DNA from: Bacteroidota bacterium
GTDB taxonomy: Bacteria > Bacteroidota > Bacteroidia > Bacteroidales > VadinHA17
DNA length: 64,000 nt
Assembly: GCA_022561875.1 (NCBI GenBank)
Contig: JADFQJ010000010.1
Coordinates: 3,235 to 67,234, forward strand
Direction of reading: 5' to 3'
In this document: positions 28,202 through 37,851 of the stretch, piece after piece
Layout of the letters: each line of letters opens with the position of its first letter
How positions within the stretch are numbered: the stretch's first letter is position 1
Position numbers and translations under genes: made by a program
The notes under the pieces: generated by a model
The model's database searches: none
What the model was told of the DNA's origin: nothing
Seen by the model: the letters and a program-made list of their open reading frames with translations, nothing else

Positions 28202-29635
28202 ATGAATAGTTTTTTTAAACTTGTTATAGGATTAGTTTTTATCGTTGGGCTTGCCATGCCGGTCCAATCACAGGATAATTATAAAATCGAGGTGCTTCCT
28301 TTTAATTCCGGAATTTTTGATGATTTTGCCCCGGTAATCTTTAAGAATGGGATCATGTTTTGTTCTAACCGTAAGAATAAAATATTGTCTGATTATACTA
28401 CAACAGATGATGAGCGGCTGCTTGACATCTATTGGGTTGAACAAAAAGACAATTTAAAATGGGGCAGACCGAGATTGATGTCCGATGATATTTCTACTAT
28501 TTTTCACGAAGGTCCTGCATGTTTGAATAAAGAAGAGAATATCATTTTTTTTACGCGAAACTATACAATAGACAGGAAAAACAGAAAGGACAGGAACCAG
28601 AATAACTTTGGGATTTTTACTGCAAGACGTATAGGGGAGAGGTGGTCTGATATCAAGCCATTTAAGTATAATGATCCTGACTATAATATAGCTCATCCTA
28701 CCCTTAGCAGAGACGGTAATCAATTATTTTTTGCATCAGACATGCCCGGTGGTAATGGCAAGTCAGATATTTATTTTTCTACAAAAGAAAACGGAGATTG
28801 GATTACTCCTGTGAACCTTGGACCGAAAATGAACAGTGATAGTTCTGAAATTTATCCTTTTATACATGAGAGTGGAAGGCTCTATTTTGCATCTGCCCGC
28901 AAATCCTCATTGGGTGGTTTGGATATTTATTATTCACAGTTTGTTGACGGCGAATGGATAGAACCCATTCAATTGCCTTCACCTTTCAATTCTCCATCGG
29001 ATGATTTTGCATATATTGCTGACGGTTTATTTGAGACCGGTTTTTTCTCATCCAACAGGGGCCGGACAGATGATGTTTTTAGATTTATTTCAATGATTCC
29101 CAGGTATGCCGATTGTCAGCAGATAGAGGAGATTAGTTATTGCTATGAAATTACTGAAGAAGGAGCGGCAAGACTCGATACATTACCATTTATCTATGAA
29201 TGGGATTTGGGAGATGGTACAAAGAAACTGGGAATAAGGGTTGAGCATTGTTATGAAAATCCCGGAGTTTATATGGTACAGTTGAATGTTATTGATTCAC
29301 TTACAATGGAAGTGAAATATAATGAAGCAGCATATCCGATTCAAGTTGATAAAGTTGAACAAGTGATGTTTAATGCAGTGGATACATGCCACGTAGGTGA
29401 CAAGGTTGAATTTGACGGATCGGAAACCAGCTTCAGCAATTTTGAAATAGCCGATTATCGATGGAATTTTGATGACGGGAATGTCGGTATATCTTCCAAA
29501 GTCAGCAACCTGTTTCTCGCCCCCGGTATATATAATGTTCAGCTTATGGTAAAAAGCAAGCCGGATCAAGATGGACAAACAAAAACAAGATGTGGAAGTA
29601 AAAATATTGTAGTTCTTGAAAAAACATCCCTGTAA
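28202..29635 (+). CDS. Secreted protein with TolB-like PD40 repeats and two PKD domains
   Basis: ATG 28202 gives the signal peptide MNSFFKLVIGLVFIVGLAMPVQS. PD40-like repeats include HPTLSRDGNQLFFASD...GKSDIYFS and YPFIHESGRLYFAS...GGLDIYYS. PKD motifs are YEWDLGDGT and YRWNFDDGN. There is no OmpA domain. Confidence 0.75.
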   Translation: MNSFFKLVIGLVFIVGLAMPVQSQDNYKIEVLPFNSGIFDDFAPVIFKNGIMFCSNRKNKILSDYTTTDDERLLDIYWVEQKDNLKWGRPRLMSDDISTIFHEGPACLNKEENIIFFTRNYTIDRKNRKDRNQNNFGIFTARRIGERWSDIKPFKYNDPDYNIAHPTLSRDGNQLFFASDMPGGNGKSDIYFSTKENGDWITPVNLGPKMNSDSSEIYPFIHESGRLYFASARKSSLGGLDIYYSQFVDGEWIEPIQLPSPFNSPSDDFAYIADGLFETGFFSSNRGRTDDVFRFISMIPRYADCQQIEEISYCYEITEEGAARLDTLPFIYEWDLGDGTKKLGIRVEHCYENPGVYMVQLNVIDSLTMEVKYNEAAYPIQVDKVEQVMFNAVDTCHVGDKVEFDGSETSFSNFEIADYRWNFDDGNVGISSKVSNLFLAPGIYNVQLMVKSKPDQDGQTKTRCGSKNIVVLEKTSL

Positions 29636-29706
29636 GCCGGGGAATGCTGACAGAAGTTGGAGAAAATAAACTATTACACGTTTTTAACTTATAGATATAT
29701 TTTATA

Positions 29707-29714
29707 TATTTTTG
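29707..29714 (+). promoter_or_regulatory. -7 box (TATTTTTG) upstream of ORF 29790
   Basis: Fits TAnnTTTG and lies 76 nt upstream of ATG 29790. Confidence 0.3.
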
Positions 29715-29789
29715 TTATTTGATTTAAGCTACTTGAAAGTTTTGGCATTATTTTCGTAGTTAACAGAATGTAATTATTAAAGGTTAATA

Positions 29790-30770
29790 ATGAAGAGAGT
29801 TTTATTAATATTAGTTTTTTTGGGATTATTGGTGCCGGATTTTTACGGACAACCTGTCCCGGCACGAGATGAGAACATACCGTATCTTATGACATTTGGA
29901 GGTGGAGGTAAAAGAGAGACTTCGTGGGGGGATGATGATTTCAGCCAGACATTCTTTTTTGTAATACCTGAAGAGTTTACCGATCCGGTATATATTCGTG
30001 TGTTTGATCCGGATATTGGAGGGGAAATAGATGAAATAAACGGTTATTGGGATACGGAGATAGAATACTCAATTTATGGGGGAAAAGGGGCTTACTCCGA
30101 CCCTGATGCACGGGAAACCCAACCTACAGGTAATTACAGGAGTGGTACTTTGCTTGCTGCAAAAACGTTCGGAGAAGATGCGTACTTTGATAATAACTGG
30201 TATACTTTTGGTCCTTTTAATCCCTCCGAAGGAGAATATACGGAAAAATACCAGGGACATATCTTTAAGATCATAACCGAAGGAAAAGGGGGTGACGACG
30301 GGAACCTGTACAGGTATTTTCTCAGTACATCTTTCGATGAAAATATTGATGTTGAAGGGGCTAACGCATTTACCTATGAATACTCATTCAGGATGTGGAA
30401 TACGGTCGATAACATATCACATATATATCCTTTTATTGATGAAGAGTGTATATCTGTAAAGCAGGAGAATTTTGACTGGGATAACGATGGAGTGATCAGG
30501 GTTGTTTCGGTTGCCAGGAAAGGTCAACTGGTAAAAGTATCGGGAGAAGATGAATTTGTGGAAAGCGAGTTCAATATCTTCGAAGAAGAAGTCGGGAAAT
30601 CACTTGATTTTCAATTTATTAAGCAAAGAACCCCTTTCGTTGTTATAAATAATAATGTTGTAATATCGGTCCGGAACCAATATGGTGAACTTATGCCTTT
30701 CTTTACTATCCCAATTGGCGGTGTTCCAAAGTATAAGTACAATATTAAAGTACGTAAAATTGGTCAATAG
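29790..30770 (+). CDS. Hypothetical secreted protein
   Basis: 326 aa with the signal peptide MKRVLLILVFLGLLVPDFYG. I recognise no motif. It is acidic and rich in Gly, Asp and Tyr. It ends 18 nt before the next gene. Confidence 0.7.
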   Translation: MKRVLLILVFLGLLVPDFYGQPVPARDENIPYLMTFGGGGKRETSWGDDDFSQTFFFVIPEEFTDPVYIRVFDPDIGGEIDEINGYWDTEIEYSIYGGKGAYSDPDARETQPTGNYRSGTLLAAKTFGEDAYFDNNWYTFGPFNPSEGEYTEKYQGHIFKIITEGKGGDDGNLYRYFLSTSFDENIDVEGANAFTYEYSFRMWNTVDNISHIYPFIDEECISVKQENFDWDNDGVIRVVSVARKGQLVKVSGEDEFVESEFNIFEEEVGKSLDFQFIKQRTPFVVINNNVVISVRNQYGELMPFFTIPIGGVPKYKYNIKVRKIGQ

Positions 30771-30788
30771 GTCCAGGACAGACTCAAA

Positions 30789-33700
30789 ATGAATAATCCT
30801 TCAAATTTATTTTCAAAACTACTTTTTGCCTGTCTGCTCATATCGTTTTCAGGCAGAGCTGTTTCACAGACGTACAGATTTAATAAGTATGGGGTTGAAG
30901 AAGGAATTTGCGATCGCTTTATTTATACAATAAACCAGGACAACAACGGTTATCTATGGATCGGAACCGGTGTCGGGATATGCCGGTTTGATGGATTTGA
31001 ATTCCGTGGAGACCTTCTGGTTGACAGTCTTGCAGGGAGTTCTATTGTATCAAGTTACAAAGACCGGCAAGGGAATCTCTGGTTTGGTCATGATGATGGG
31101 AGTCTTACTGTTTATGATGGCTCGAATTTTATTCCTGTTAATATCGAGGATGGTCAGAAAAGCAAGATAAACGATATAATTGAAGCAGATGATGGGATAT
31201 TATTTATTGCAACCCAAAATAAAGGTCTTTTGCGGATTGATGCTTCTGATCAGTTTCAAATAAAGCGACTAAATATTGAAGACAAACTGGTTTATTCACT
31301 TGAGCAGTTAAGTGAAGATCTTTTCCTTATTGGTACACATAACGGATTAAAACTTTATCGTTTGCACAGAGATAATAACTCCCTTTCTTTATCTTCAACT
31401 GTTAACATAATCCCTTCAACAAAAATTCAATCGATTATAAAAAGCCGGGATAATACAAAAATATGGGTAGCAACGGAAGACCAGGGTTTATACAGTATCA
31501 TACTGAATGAAAAGGATCCCGTATCTTTCTCTGTAACAAAAACGAATGCTTCTTTTGGCCTTGACGAACTTAACATTCAATCACTTTATGAAGATATGGA
31601 AGGTAACTTATGGATAAGTACTTACAGGGATGGCTTGATAAAGCTGGTTTATTCTTACAAACAAAACACTTTTATTAATAAACAGATCTACAATACGTTG
31701 AATGGGATGATTGGCGATGATATAAAAAATGTTTTTCAGGACAAGGAGGGAAATATCTGGATTGGCACCTATGGAAACGGTATGGCCAGAATGGTGAATG
31801 AAGCGTTTGCCTTTTACGAATTTGACAGAAGAAAATATGGGACAAATATAATTGCTATAGATCAGTTTCAGGGATCGTATTGGCTTGGCACCGATAATGG
31901 CCTGTTAAAAACAGATGGTGGCAGGGTAGAAGAATTTTTCCCTTCTTCAAAGTACTTTAGTAATGATAAGATCACAACCTTGTTTGTTGATGATGAAGGT
32001 GATACATGGATCGGGACCAGAAATAATGGTGTGTACCTGAGGAATAACAGAACCGGAAACATACACCGGATCTTTTACTCGGGAAATGATCTTGAGAATT
32101 CGATTAATTATATTACGGGATCAGGTGACAAAACCTGGATAGCGACAGATTATGGTGTTTTCAGTTTTTCAGGACGAATACAAAAGAAGCACTTTACAAC
32201 CGGACAGGGACTGCCTCACAATTCCATAAATCATATCTTTCTGACCGAAGAAGGAAATGCATGGATTTCAACAATTAGCAGGCAGCTATTCTTTATATCA
32301 AGTGAGGGACAAATAAGACATGGCAGGGAGATAGGTGGTTACGGGAAAAATGAGTTTACATCGATTATACTTGATCATAATAATAATTTTTGGGCTGCAA
32401 CCTACGGAAATGGTGTTTATTATTTTGCACGTGATTCAATATTTAATTTCAGATCTGAAAACGGACTTAAATCAAATTATTGCTATAGTATTCTTTGTGA
32501 TGATAATAATAATATTTGGGTAGGTCACCGGCAGGGATTTAGTAAAATATCTACGGATAGTCTGGGTATTTTTACATATGGCCGGGAACTTGGGATAATG
32601 GCTGATTGTAATTATAATTCCATTCTCAATGATCCTTCCGGAGCAGTACTGATTGGTACTAATAACGGATTAATAAAATATAATCCTGAAAACGACCGTA
32701 AGAGCCTAAGTACGCCTGTAAACAACATTTTCTCAGTAAGGTTTGATGACAGGGAAGTTGACTGGAAGGAAGAAATTGTACTACCTTACGGTAAATACAG
32801 ACTTCGTATTGATTTCATAGGGATAAGTTTCAGAAATCCGGAAAAGGTAACATACCAGCATAAATTAGATGATTATGATACTTACTGGACTGAAAATACC
32901 ACACTTTCATTTGTATCCTATCCAAGAGTTGAAAACGGGAACTATACATTTTACCTCCGGTCATTTGATTCAGAAGGTCAAACTTCTGAAACACCCTTGT
33001 CTTTTCATTTTGTAATTAATAAACCTTTCTGGCAAATGTGGTGGTTTATTCTTTCCGTAGTTGTATTCGTAGTGGTGACAATGATCTCTATTGTTAAGAT
33101 CCGGGAGCGTAATCAAAAAAGACTTCAAGCCTTTCTTCAGAAAAGCCTTGATGAACGTACCAGGGAAGTAGTTGAGCAGAAGGACGAAATTGAAGAGAAA
33201 AACAGGGAGATTACAGATAGTATTAATTACGCTCAACGGATACAAACCAGTATATTACCCTCAGTAAAGTTATTAGATGACAATTTATCAGGATGGTTTA
33301 TGTTCTACAAGCCACGGGATATAGTAAGTGGTGATTTTTACTGGTTCGATAAGATTGATGATGACAGGATAATTATTGTATGTGCGGATTCCACAGGTCA
33401 TGGTGTACCGGGGGCATTTATGTCGTTAATCGGGTCAACACTGATCAAAGATATTGTTTACCGGGATGGGGTGGATTCTCCATCGCAGATCATGCGCTTG
33501 CTTGACAAAGAAATTACTTATACTCTTACCCAGAATGTGGATACTGAAGGATCACAAGATGGTATGGATATGGTCGTTTGCGAAATCAACCTGAAAACAA
33601 ATTATATACGTTTTTCATCTGCCATGCGCCCTGTAATTCTTTATATGAAAGGAGAACAATACTATATCAGGGGAAACAGAAGCTCAATAGGTGGTGAGAT

Positions 33701-33962
33701 TATTGAGGAAAAATCTTTTGATGATCAGGAGTTTCAACTATCAAAAGGAGATATCATATATATGTTCTCGGATGGATATCCTGATCAATTTGGCGGACCA
33801 CTTGGCAAGAAATTTAAAATGGTAAGACTAAAGAATATGCTGGATAGTATTAATAAAAAGCCTATGAATGAGCAGTATGAGTATATTAAGAATAACTTTG
33901 AACTATGGAAAGCTGACATGTGGCAAGTTGATGATGTACTGTTCATGGGAATCCAGATATGA
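30789..33962 (+). CDS. Transmembrane sensor: periplasmic two-component-regulator propeller repeats plus Y_Y_Y domain, one TM, and a cytoplasmic PP2C/SpoIIE phosphatase
   Basis: 1057 aa with a signal peptide. It carries many repeats of the type D..G.LWIGT..GL. The Y_Y_Y region is YQHKLDDYDTYWT...NGNYTFYLRSFD, and the TM is WWFILSVVVFVVVTMISIV. After a coiled coil come the SpoIIE motifs SGDFYWF, CADSTGHGVPGAFMS, DGMDMVVC and MFSDGYPDQFGG. Confidence 0.85.
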   Translation: MNNPSNLFSKLLFACLLISFSGRAVSQTYRFNKYGVEEGICDRFIYTINQDNNGYLWIGTGVGICRFDGFEFRGDLLVDSLAGSSIVSSYKDRQGNLWFGHDDGSLTVYDGSNFIPVNIEDGQKSKINDIIEADDGILFIATQNKGLLRIDASDQFQIKRLNIEDKLVYSLEQLSEDLFLIGTHNGLKLYRLHRDNNSLSLSSTVNIIPSTKIQSIIKSRDNTKIWVATEDQGLYSIILNEKDPVSFSVTKTNASFGLDELNIQSLYEDMEGNLWISTYRDGLIKLVYSYKQNTFINKQIYNTLNGMIGDDIKNVFQDKEGNIWIGTYGNGMARMVNEAFAFYEFDRRKYGTNIIAIDQFQGSYWLGTDNGLLKTDGGRVEEFFPSSKYFSNDKITTLFVDDEGDTWIGTRNNGVYLRNNRTGNIHRIFYSGNDLENSINYITGSGDKTWIATDYGVFSFSGRIQKKHFTTGQGLPHNSINHIFLTEEGNAWISTISRQLFFISSEGQIRHGREIGGYGKNEFTSIILDHNNNFWAATYGNGVYYFARDSIFNFRSENGLKSNYCYSILCDDNNNIWVGHRQGFSKISTDSLGIFTYGRELGIMADCNYNSILNDPSGAVLIGTNNGLIKYNPENDRKSLSTPVNNIFSVRFDDREVDWKEEIVLPYGKYRLRIDFIGISFRNPEKVTYQHKLDDYDTYWTENTTLSFVSYPRVENGNYTFYLRSFDSEGQTSETPLSFHFVINKPFWQMWWFILSVVVFVVVTMISIVKIRERNQKRLQAFLQKSLDERTREVVEQKDEIEEKNREITDSINYAQRIQTSILPSVKLLDDNLSGWFMFYKPRDIVSGDFYWFDKIDDDRIIIVCADSTGHGVPGAFMSLIGSTLIKDIVYRDGVDSPSQIMRLLDKEITYTLTQNVDTEGSQDGMDMVVCEINLKTNYIRFSSAMRPVILYMKGEQYYIRGNRSSIGGEIIEEKSFDDQEFQLSKGDIIYMFSDGYPDQFGGPLGKKFKMVRLKNMLDSINKKPMNEQYEYIKNNFELWKADMWQVDDVLFMGIQI

Positions 33963-34085
33963 TCATTCCAATCATCCGATCTCCTCTGTACTGACAATTA
34001 GATTAACCAGTGCATAAACTGTAAGTCCTGAAACAGTATTTACCCCAGGTTTCCTGACAATGTTTTATAATCTCTTCGGGATAAG

Positions 34086-34595
34086 TTATTGAAACATAGC
34101 GATTTCCGGGGTAGTTTCAACATTGCTTTTATGCATGGCACGGTCAAATAAAAAAAAGCTGTATTTAATAGTGTCATATTCAAACAGAAGGTAAATAAAA
34201 TCGACCTTGATCTCTCCTGTAAGCGACTTGTTCTGGCCTTCTCGTTCAATATAAGGGATCCTGTAATTCAGGGGAGTTTCAAGATCGTCACCGGATACTT
34301 CTGTGAATTCACCATCGGTTTTGTAATACATGGTAAAAAAAAGGTTGAAATTGGTAGAATCAGCCGAAAGACTATCTGGTTGTGTGAGTCCGATATCCCC
34401 GTCACCATCTTTAAAATCAAAAGTCAATTCACCTATTTTTCCTGGATTACCCAGTGCATCAATTGTGTCTTTAAGTATAAAGCTTTTGAAAGAAATGGAT
34501 GGGATCTCTGATAGTGATTCGATCTTCTGACAAGACAAACCGCTCAATAACACAATGGTTGTAATGATTAGTATTTTAGTAAAAGAATTCATCAT
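34086..34595 (-). CDS. Hypothetical lipoprotein
   Basis: 169 aa. The signal peptide MMNSFTKILIITTIVLLSGLSC has a lipobox-like Cys. It is the last gene of the rlu-era-der string. Confidence 0.65.
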   Translation of the reverse strand: MMNSFTKILIITTIVLLSGLSCQKIESLSEIPSISFKSFILKDTIDALGNPGKIGELTFDFKDGDGDIGLTQPDSLSADSTNFNLFFTMYYKTDGEFTEVSGDDLETPLNYRIPYIEREGQNKSLTGEIKVDFIYLLFEYDTIKYSFFLFDRAMHKSNVETTPEIAMFQ

Positions 34596-34613
34596 TACAA
34601 ATTTACAAAAAAA

Positions 34614-35918
34614 TTATTTATTCCTGAAAAATATTTGAATGGGAACTCCTGTGAAGTCAAAGTTTTCCCTGATACGGTTTTCAAGATATCTGCTGTATGG
34701 CGTCCTGATCAACTTCGGGAAATTACAAAAGAATGCAAATGAAGGAGCATGAGTTGGAAGCTGAGTGACATATTTTATTTTAATCGCTCTTCCTCTGACA
34801 GCAGGTGGGGAATAGTTATCGATGGCTTTCAGAAGAACTTTATTTAACCGGGAAGTTGAGATTTTTTGTTTTCGTTTTTTGTATACCTCCAGTGCTTTTT
34901 CCAGAACCTTGTATATTCTTTGCCTGTTAATGGCAGAAATGAATAGAATTGGAATGTCATTGAAAGGTTCGAGTTTTTGTTTAATCGCTTTTTCGAACTT
35001 TTTTGCCGAATTACTGTCCTTTTTAATCAGATCCCATTTATTAACCAGGATGACCAGTCCCTTATGGTTTTTTTCGGCCAGGCTTACAATATTATGATCC
35101 TGGGCTTCAAGACCGCGGGTAGCATCAATCATTATCAGGCAAACATCAGAGCTTTCAATTGCTCTGATCGCCCGCAGGACAGAATAAAATTCCAGGTTCT
35201 CCGACACTTTGCTTTTTTTTCGTAATCCTGCAGTGTCGACCAGATAAAAGTCGTGGTTATATTTTCGATAACGAATATATATTGAATCACGGGTTGTGCC
35301 GGGTTCTGGTGTAACAATATTCCTCTCTTCACCAATCAAAGAGTTTATAAGTGATGATTTACCAACATTTGGCCTGCCTACAATTGCAAACTTCGGCAGA
35401 TCATTCTCCGGTTTGTCTTCTTTTAAAGTAAAGTTTTCTATCAGGGTATCCAGAAGCTCACCTGTTCCTGAACCATTTATTGATGAGATGGGGAATAGTC
35501 CTCCCATTCCAAGTTTGTAAAATTCATTGGCTTCATATCGTCTTTGATTGTTGTCTGCCTTGTTTACTACCAGAATTACTTTTTTCCCGGACTTGCGCAG
35601 CAGGCTTGCTATTGCATCATCCAAATCAGTAATCCCGCTGGTTACATCCACCATAAAAATGATTATATCTGATTCTTCAATAGCAAAAAAAACCTGTTTT
35701 TTGATCTCTCTTTCAAAAATATCCTCTGAGCTTACAACATATCCTCCTGTATCAATTACATGAAAGCCCACACCATTCCACTCAGATTTACCATAATGCC
35801 GGTCACGTGTCACACCGCTTACTTTATCGACAATAGCCTGTTTATTTCCGAGTAACCTGTTGAAAAGAGTCGATTTCCCAACATTAGGTCTTCCTACTAT
35901 GGCGACAATATTATTCAT
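34614..35918 (-). CDS. der: Ribosome biogenesis GTPase Der (EngA)
   Basis: Two tandem G domains are present. The first has [16 protein letters not shown] and NKAD. The second has [16 protein letters not shown] and NKWD. A KH-like C-terminus follows. Confidence 0.95.
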   Translation of the reverse strand: MNNIVAIVGRPNVGKSTLFNRLLGNKQAIVDKVSGVTRDRHYGKSEWNGVGFHVIDTGGYVVSSEDIFEREIKKQVFFAIEESDIIIFMVDVTSGITDLDDAIASLLRKSGKKVILVVNKADNNQRRYEANEFYKLGMGGLFPISSINGSGTGELLDTLIENFTLKEDKPENDLPKFAIVGRPNVGKSSLINSLIGEERNIVTPEPGTTRDSIYIRYRKYNHDFYLVDTAGLRKKSKVSENLEFYSVLRAIRAIESSDVCLIMIDATRGLEAQDHNIVSLAEKNHKGLVILVNKWDLIKKDSNSAKKFEKAIKQKLEPFNDIPILFISAINRQRIYKVLEKALEVYKKRKQKISTSRLNKVLLKAIDNYSPPAVRGRAIKIKYVTQLPTHAPSFAFFCNFPKLIRTPYSRYLENRIRENFDFTGVPIQIFFRNK

Positions 35919-35965
35919 TTTCTTATATTTATGAAAAAGCAGGTATTCTAAATAATTTCTTCGGG

Positions 35966-36841
35966 TTAATAACCGAATTGCTTTAACTTACCGGGAGTAT
36001 CTCTCCAATCCTTACTAACTTTGACAAATAATTCCAAATATACCTTTTTCCCGAGGAAAGATTCTATCTCTTTTCTGGACTCAATTCCAACCATTTTAAG
36101 AGCCTGTCCTTTATGTCCGATAATAATACCCTTCTGACTGTTGCGAAGAACATTGATCACAGAACGTATTTTTATAATATTTTCTTCTTCTTTATAACTT
36201 TCTACCTGCACTTCAATTGAGTACGGGATTTCTTCCCTGTATTTATCAAAGATACTGCCACGAATGATCTCGGATACAAAAAATCTCTCCGTCCGGTCTG
36301 TAAGCTGATCTTTGGGATAATAGGGAGGATTCTCAGGAAGATAGTGCAGGATACGCTTAAGTAATTGATCCAGATTAAAACTTTCTTTTGCAGATAAAGG
36401 AATAATTTTAGCATCCGGCAGCAAGTTCTTCCATATTGCAACCAGTGCTTCAAGCTTTTCCTGGTTTGTAAGGTCGATTTTATTGATAAGTAGCAAAATC
36501 GGGACATCCGTATTGCTGATTTTATTTAGGTACTGTAAATTCTTGCCCGGTTTTTCAACTACATCAGTAACATAAAGAATAACATCAGCATCAGTTATAG
36601 CAGTTTTAACCGACCTCATCATAGTTTTCTGCATTTCATAATGAGGGTTTAGAATACCAGGTGTATCAGAATAGATGAGCTGATACTCTTTGGTGTTTAC
36701 AATGCCCAGTATTCTGTGTCTTGTTGTCTGGGCCTTCGAGGTAATTACTGACAGTCTTTCACCAACAAGGGCATTCATAATGGTTGATTTGCCCACATTG
36801 GGATTTCCCAGGATATTTACAAAACCTGCTTTGTGTGCCAT
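35966..36841 (-). CDS. era: GTPase Era
   Basis: 291 aa. Motifs are [13 protein letters not shown] and NKID, with a C-terminal KH domain. Confidence 0.95.
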   Translation of the reverse strand: MAHKAGFVNILGNPNVGKSTIMNALVGERLSVITSKAQTTRHRILGIVNTKEYQLIYSDTPGILNPHYEMQKTMMRSVKTAITDADVILYVTDVVEKPGKNLQYLNKISNTDVPILLLINKIDLTNQEKLEALVAIWKNLLPDAKIIPLSAKESFNLDQLLKRILHYLPENPPYYPKDQLTDRTERFFVSEIIRGSIFDKYREEIPYSIEVQVESYKEEENIIKIRSVINVLRNSQKGIIIGHKGQALKMVGIESRKEIESFLGKKVYLELFVKVSKDWRDTPGKLKQFGY

Positions 36842-36899
36842 GTTATATTTATTTATTTACAGGAAGCTGTCGCTTTAATTTAGCGTTATAATCCGGTTC

Positions 36900-37706
36900 T
36901 TATTTGTAAGACCCCACTTTTAGAATGGCTATTTCCTTTTGTGACAAAAATCTCCACTTGCCACGAGAAAGCCCCTTTTTGGTAAGTCCGGCAAAAAATA
37001 CCCGGTCAAGCTTTTCAACATTGTAACCAAGTTGCTCGAATATTCTTCTTACAATCCGGTTTCTTCCTGAATGGATCTCAAGTCCGACTTGTTTTTTATC
37101 TTCAGGTTTAGGATATGCAACAGCATCAACATTGAATAAACCATCATCGAGAATAAGTCCTTCAACCATTTTCTCCATGTCATTCCTGGTTAAATCTTTG
37201 TCGAGAAATGCATGATAGATCTTCTTTTTGTTATACCGCGGATGGGTCAGAATTTTAGTCAGTTCGCCATCATTGGTGAGCAGTAATACGCCTGTTGTAT
37301 TTCTATCGAGTCTTCCCACCGGATACACCCGTTCAGAACATGCCTTCCGTATTAGATCATAAACTGTTTTTCTGTTTTTATTGTCCTCCATTGTAGTAAT
37401 GTAATCCCTGGGTTTGTTAAGGAGAATATACACTTTATTCTCTTTACGCAGTACTTTTTCCTGGCATTTAACAACATCACCCCGAACTACTTTAACACCC
37501 ATTTCAGTAACAGTTTTTCCATTTACTGAAATTTTCCCTGCCTTTATTAATTCATCCGCATCACGGCGTGAACATAATCCGGTGTGGGCAATATATTTAT
37601 TTAACCTTACACCTGTCTCTTCCCCGGTGTGGCTCCTGTTTTCTTTTTGCCTCACGTAAGGTCGTTTTTGACCGCCCTTCCCCGTATCATATCTGGATTT
37701 TTTCAT
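36900..37706 (-). CDS. rRNA pseudouridine synthase (RsuA/RluB family) with an S4 domain
   Basis: The track ORF runs to 37997 and would overlap glmM. The internal ATG at 37706 (MKKSRYDTGKGG...) is preceded by a -7 box. The S4 domain is RLNKYIAHTGLCSRRDADELIKAGKISVNG, and the catalytic motif is PVGRLDRNTTGVLLLTNDG. Confidence 0.85.
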   Translation of the reverse strand: MKKSRYDTGKGGQKRPYVRQKENRSHTGEETGVRLNKYIAHTGLCSRRDADELIKAGKISVNGKTVTEMGVKVVRGDVVKCQEKVLRKENKVYILLNKPRDYITTMEDNKNRKTVYDLIRKACSERVYPVGRLDRNTTGVLLLTNDGELTKILTHPRYNKKKIYHAFLDKDLTRNDMEKMVEGLILDDGLFNVDAVAYPKPEDKKQVGLEIHSGRNRIVRRIFEQLGYNVEKLDRVFFAGLTKKGLSRGKWRFLSQKEIAILKVGSYK

Positions 37707-37736
37707 TAAGTTGTTGCCTGGTATCTGTTTTTTGTG

Positions 37737-37744
37737 CAAAGATA
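37737..37744 (-). promoter_or_regulatory. -7 box (TATCTTTG) for the pseudouridine synthase-era-der string
   Basis: The reverse complement of CAAAGATA fits TAnnTTTG. It lies 31 nt upstream of ATG 37706. Confidence 0.45.
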
Positions 37745-37745
37745 G

Positions 37746-37753
37746 TACTTTTG
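37746..37753 (+). promoter_or_regulatory. -7 box (TACTTTTG) for glmM, back-to-back with the divergent box
   Basis: Fits TAnnTTTG and lies 99 nt upstream of ATG 37852. Only 1 nt separates it from the minus-strand box. Confidence 0.35.
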
Positions 37754-37851
37754 CAGAAACTAATTGTTTATTGAAAGTGTTCTGGTTATTAAGAAACAAA
37801 TAACAAACAGGTACTAGAATCCGGTCTATTTCACATTTAAAAAATGGTAAA

